From Mesotaenium endlicherianum (Eukaryota), in contig WELA01002258.1 in the NCBI GenBank assembly GCA_009602735.1, positions 471,488-529,173 on the forward strand: a stretch of 57,686 nucleotides of DNA, written 5' to 3'. Position 1 is the stretch's first letter, and each line of letters begins with the position of its first letter. The position numbers and the translations under genes were made by a program. Positions 53,524-57,686 of the stretch are shown piece after piece. A model generated the notes under the pieces. It saw nothing but the letters and a program-made list of their open reading frames with translations, did no database searches and was not told the origin of the DNA.

Positions 53524-56500
53524 ATGGGTAGGAAGGGAAGTTGGAAGAAGTCTGTATATGTTCGGCAGGAAAGCGTTGTATCTGTATATGACGGGGCAAG
53601 ATTGAGGTTCAGGCAGATTAGAGCAAGAAGGTCAGTCTCAAGGTTAGAACGAGTTGCAGCTAGGGACGCAGTGTAACAAGCTTTGTACATAGCCCACTAT
53701 TCCGGTTGTATACAGGTGTCTGTGCCTCAATCTTATTCATAATAGAAAAACAATGTTCTGGACCACGTGTGAAAAGCGTTGTCTGGTGGCTGTTCTGGTC
53801 TGGTTGTGGCCTTGAGCTCTGTTATGATAATAGTATAGCAGCTTGACATGGCGATTTAAGAGGAGCACTGCTGTATGTGGGTGACCTTTGTGTTTGTCGG
53901 ATGGGTGTGCTCTTAGCTTTCAGCATCGACCAGAATGCTGATGAAGCCTGTGCATCACCTTCAGTTGTAGTTTATGGTTCAAATCCTCTTGCTGCAATCT
54001 CTCTCTTTCCGTCACCAAGTCTACAGCTGTCGAGAGGATGCTGTGTGCTGCAAAGGCTCAAAAATACAATCTGGTTATGTAAAAGGCAGACGCAGTCTTC
54101 CCACACAAGATGCAAGTTTTGCAAATTCTGAGACCAATTTCAGCACGAGCTATCTCCTGTACCGAGGGCCTTGGCCTTAGTCTTGTTTTCTCGACTTTGT
54201 TTCGTAAGCAGCAGCAGAATGCAAACAAGGGCGTTGCCACCTGACTGTATACTCAAGCTCTCCACCATAATATGCGCAGCTTCTCGGCCTGCTTGTCGTG
54301 AAGCTCCCACTTCACCACAAGCAGCTACTTTTAGTGAATGAGGCTGATTGTGCCGTAAACCAGATGTCAATGGCTGCAAAGGAGTGCACAAAATGACCAT
54401 ATGCAGATCATGATCACACTCATAATTGTTTGAGGACATCAACAGGGCCTGTAGTGCAGCTGTGGTGGTGGCCCACATGAAAGCCCTTGTATAGAGAACC
54501 TGCATGAGGGCAAGGGATTGAAGAAGGTCCAAGTCTTGAAGGCTGCAGGGGCAATGACACCAGCTGGCAAAACAGATGCAATGGACAACCCTCATCATAA
54601 CAGCTTACAAAAGAATGAAGACAAAATGTTGATCATATCTCAATCAAGTCAACCGTGACACACCTGTAACCTCTGCACGTTGTTCTTCATTAACGCACGT
54701 GCCTGATTGAACTTTTACATTTCTGCTTTTGGTCGTTGAAGCTCCCAACAATTTATAATACGGACTCGCACAGGGGTGGCACCGGCTATGCGGCTTAGAA
54801 GTGAATAGCATGACCCACTCGGCACTCAACCCGAACAGCTTCCTGACCATATCCAGCTCCCTTGAAAGCTGAGACTCTACTTCTATAGACTATTAACGTC
54901 AAGAGCTCAATCCTCAAGGATTAGTACGAATTACATTTGCCGGACAAAACAGAACTTGTCCCATCGCCCCAAATATTGATATGAAACAGTTCACAAGAAA
55001 GCCACTGTCATCATCAAGCTGCTTCACGTGCACCCCGGCTGTAAGGGAGACTCCATGATTTGCTGCTGGGATAATATTGCCTGTCACAGGACCTCCTGTA
55101 TCATGCATCCTCTTTTGAGTGGACTTCATCGCTGATAGTTTTGTTCATCCTGACTTCTGATAAAAGGTACATATCACAGATGTTGCAGTGGCTGCAATTG
55201 TTTGGACGGAATTCCTTAATTTGACCAAAGCGAGATATGTGCTGTATATTTGAAGGTGCATTACATTGCAACACGCGAAGCACTTGGTGCAGTAAGGAAG
55301 ATTGGGGGGGAAGGTGCAAGCCCAGGAAGTGTGTCTGGGAGGAGAAAACGAGAAGTATGCTACTGATCTCAGCAATGATGATGAGAGAAGAGCAGCTCGG
55401 TGCTGTAACCCCCATGCATACACTAGTCTAAGCCCCAAAAGGTTATTCCTGTACCTCTCTGTCCCTGAATTGGTGCTTTTGATCAATTTATGCGAAACTC
55501 AACTTTGAGAACCCAAACGCTTCAAGTTCGTGACTGGACAGTCCAGGAAATAAGGGCTCAATATTCTTCATTAGGCCCCTTCTATTCTGGTACAGGTTGT
55601 GCCCATTGCGCAACCTCGCACTCTACAATAGCATTCTTAGTCACAAAACAGCTATCCAGCTACCCCACGAGGCAGCCACTTACACTCACACAGACGCCAC
55701 GCACACACACCCACACACAATCATGCACTGCTGAGTGCCCAGTCCATCCTCTTGCACTCTTACGAGCAGCAGATCCTCTTCTCACTAGAGCCACTCTACC
55801 ATGCACGCCGCCATCTTACAACTACAACTCATCTGTCTACAACTCACGCACGCAACTTGTCAGTCGCGCTCACATTCTTCCCTTTCCTCCCTCACGCCAC
55901 TTGACACCAGTGGCAGTAGCAGCCGGAGCTGCGCCAGCAGTACTGCCAGCAGCCGCCTTTGCTGCAGCCTCCTCCTCGACCCTCTTACAAACGCGGCAGG
56001 GATAGCAAAATAGCAAGTGTTCCATGGAAGCATCACAAGCTCTATGATCCCCTCTCAGATATTATAGCACATCTCTTGGGTCTCTAGACAGCATAACGGA
56101 CATCACGCTTTCTTCCTCTAATTCCTTCTGTCGAAAGTTGCCAAAACCCTAGCAACAGCAGATGAGCACGACGACACAGACGTCTCTGCGCTAGCTGCGG
56201 TGCCAGCTGGAATGCCAGCTGGAAAGAACCAAACCGGAAACCCTGAGAGAGCCCCAACCTGCCACATGGAGGCCGAGAACGATGCGATGTTGGGGAGGTT
56301 AAATCGGAAACTGGGTGAAACAGGCCGGGTCCCTCCCTCCCTCTCTCTCTCTCCTTTGAGACTGGAGGCTTGCTTGCGAGCATGTGCCAGGCCTCACAGC
56401 GTGGTCACATAGATCCCTGCACGCGAGCGCGAAGGTGCACGCCAGAGTTCAACCAGATAGGGATGTCCCAAGCCCTCACACACTCCCTCACCTCCCCCCC

Positions 56501-57686
56501 CACCCCCCCCCCTCCCCGAGCTCTTCTCTTATGACTTGTGAGACGTGCCGAGGGTCAGGGCCTGAGCCGAACCAGAGAACAGCAGCGGAGACACAAATGA
56601 CGAAAGCGATCCTGTCACTGACAGACACCAGGGGAGTAGGGAATCTGCTGGATTACAGGACAGTGCACCCCAGGCCCACTCCACCGCGTAGCGTTTCCTG
56701 CAGCCCACTCATTCAGCATCCCTTTCGTTCACCCTTCCTACCTCTCTTGTCGCACACCTTCTCCGCTCGGCCGCGGCCACTACTGCAACCCCGACCTTCT
56801 TCTTTTGAGCACCAAGCCAACTGGGACGCTACACTTGGCATGAGGGCAGGAGAGCGCAGACTGTGGCCCACTCTTGCTCTTGCCATCATGTTCTGTTGCA
56901 AGTCGAACGATCGCTGACGGCTTGCTGGCCAACTCCCGCTCCACACCAAGTGAGTGGGCAAACAAATCGCAGGGGGGGGGCCCGGGGGGGGGGGCAGNNN
57001 NNNNNNNNNNNNNNNNNNNNNNNNNNNNNNNNNNNNNNNNNNNNNNNNNNNNNNNNNNNNNNNNNNNNNNNNNNNNNNNNNNNNNNNNNNNNNNNNNNNN
57101 NNNNNNNNNNNNNNNNNNNNNNNNNNNNNNNNNNNNNNNNNNNNNNNNNNNNNNNNNNNNNNNNNNNNNNNNNNNNNNNNNNNNNNNNNNNNNNNNNNNN
57201 NNNNNNNNNNNNNNNNNNNNNNNNNNNNNNNNCCCCCAAAAAAAAACCTCCGCTCCAACCCCCATCCCATCCCCCAAACCTCCATACTGACAACCTCTCC
57301 AATTGCCATGCTGGCCTTCAGTTTAATGACACTCGATATGGCTGACACGAGCCACCAGCTGTATCGCTGCAGTGCTGCTTACCCCACAGACTCCAGCACC
57401 CATGGATGGCTACCTTGCAAACGTGTGCCGTGCCGTGCCCCTCTGTCAGGGCACATCGCAAGCGCCGAGCTTCCAACCCCATGTGAGCTGTGAATGCAAG
57501 AAGACAGCGCAACACGACAGCTGTCGGACAGCAGGGCAAGAGTGCGTGCCACAAACTCATCTGCAAGGTCGGCCTGTCGACTTGTGCCGTCAAAGCACCC
57601 TTTGTCTTGTAGGCCCTCTGAGCCTCCAAGCCCTCCCGCCGCCACTCCTCACTTCCCACCACGACGACGGCACCACACCCCCCCCC

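Noticed and set aside
53877..55510. Short ORFs on both strands
   Set aside because: No homology recognised and no phase-consistent exon chain found.

Overview
Eukaryotic nuclear DNA from a draft assembly with six N-gaps. The proteins look green-plant/streptophyte-like, so a streptophyte alga or other non-seed plant is my inference, not a determination. Most entries in the ORF track are microsatellite or low-complexity artefacts. Splicing by hand gives eight intron-rich genes in strictly alternating orientation: GCP2 gamma-tubulin complex component (-, 3' end unresolved), SWSAP1-like P-loop ATPase (+), DEAD-box helicase RH57/DDX52/ROK1 (-), chloroplast GNAT acetyltransferase NSI/GNAT2 (+), C-terminally extended phytocystatin (-), release factor eRF1 (+), small acyl-CoA-binding protein (-) and NNF1/PMF1-like kinetochore protein (+). 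They form four head-to-head pairs with about 1 kb between starts. The last ~6.5 kb has only weak, possibly decayed coding signal. Most notable observations: (1) degenerate copies ('echoes') of exon/intron junctions recur inside the neighbouring introns, several keeping AG or GT; (2) eRF1 has NIKN instead of NIKS, although all three stop codons are in use; (3) the helicase has an optional acidic terminal exon whose donor overlaps an in-frame TGA; (4) GCP2 has a GC-AG intron; (5) gene bodies are GC-rich while gene ends are AT-rich. I found no RNA genes, CRISPR arrays or intact mobile elements that I can support.
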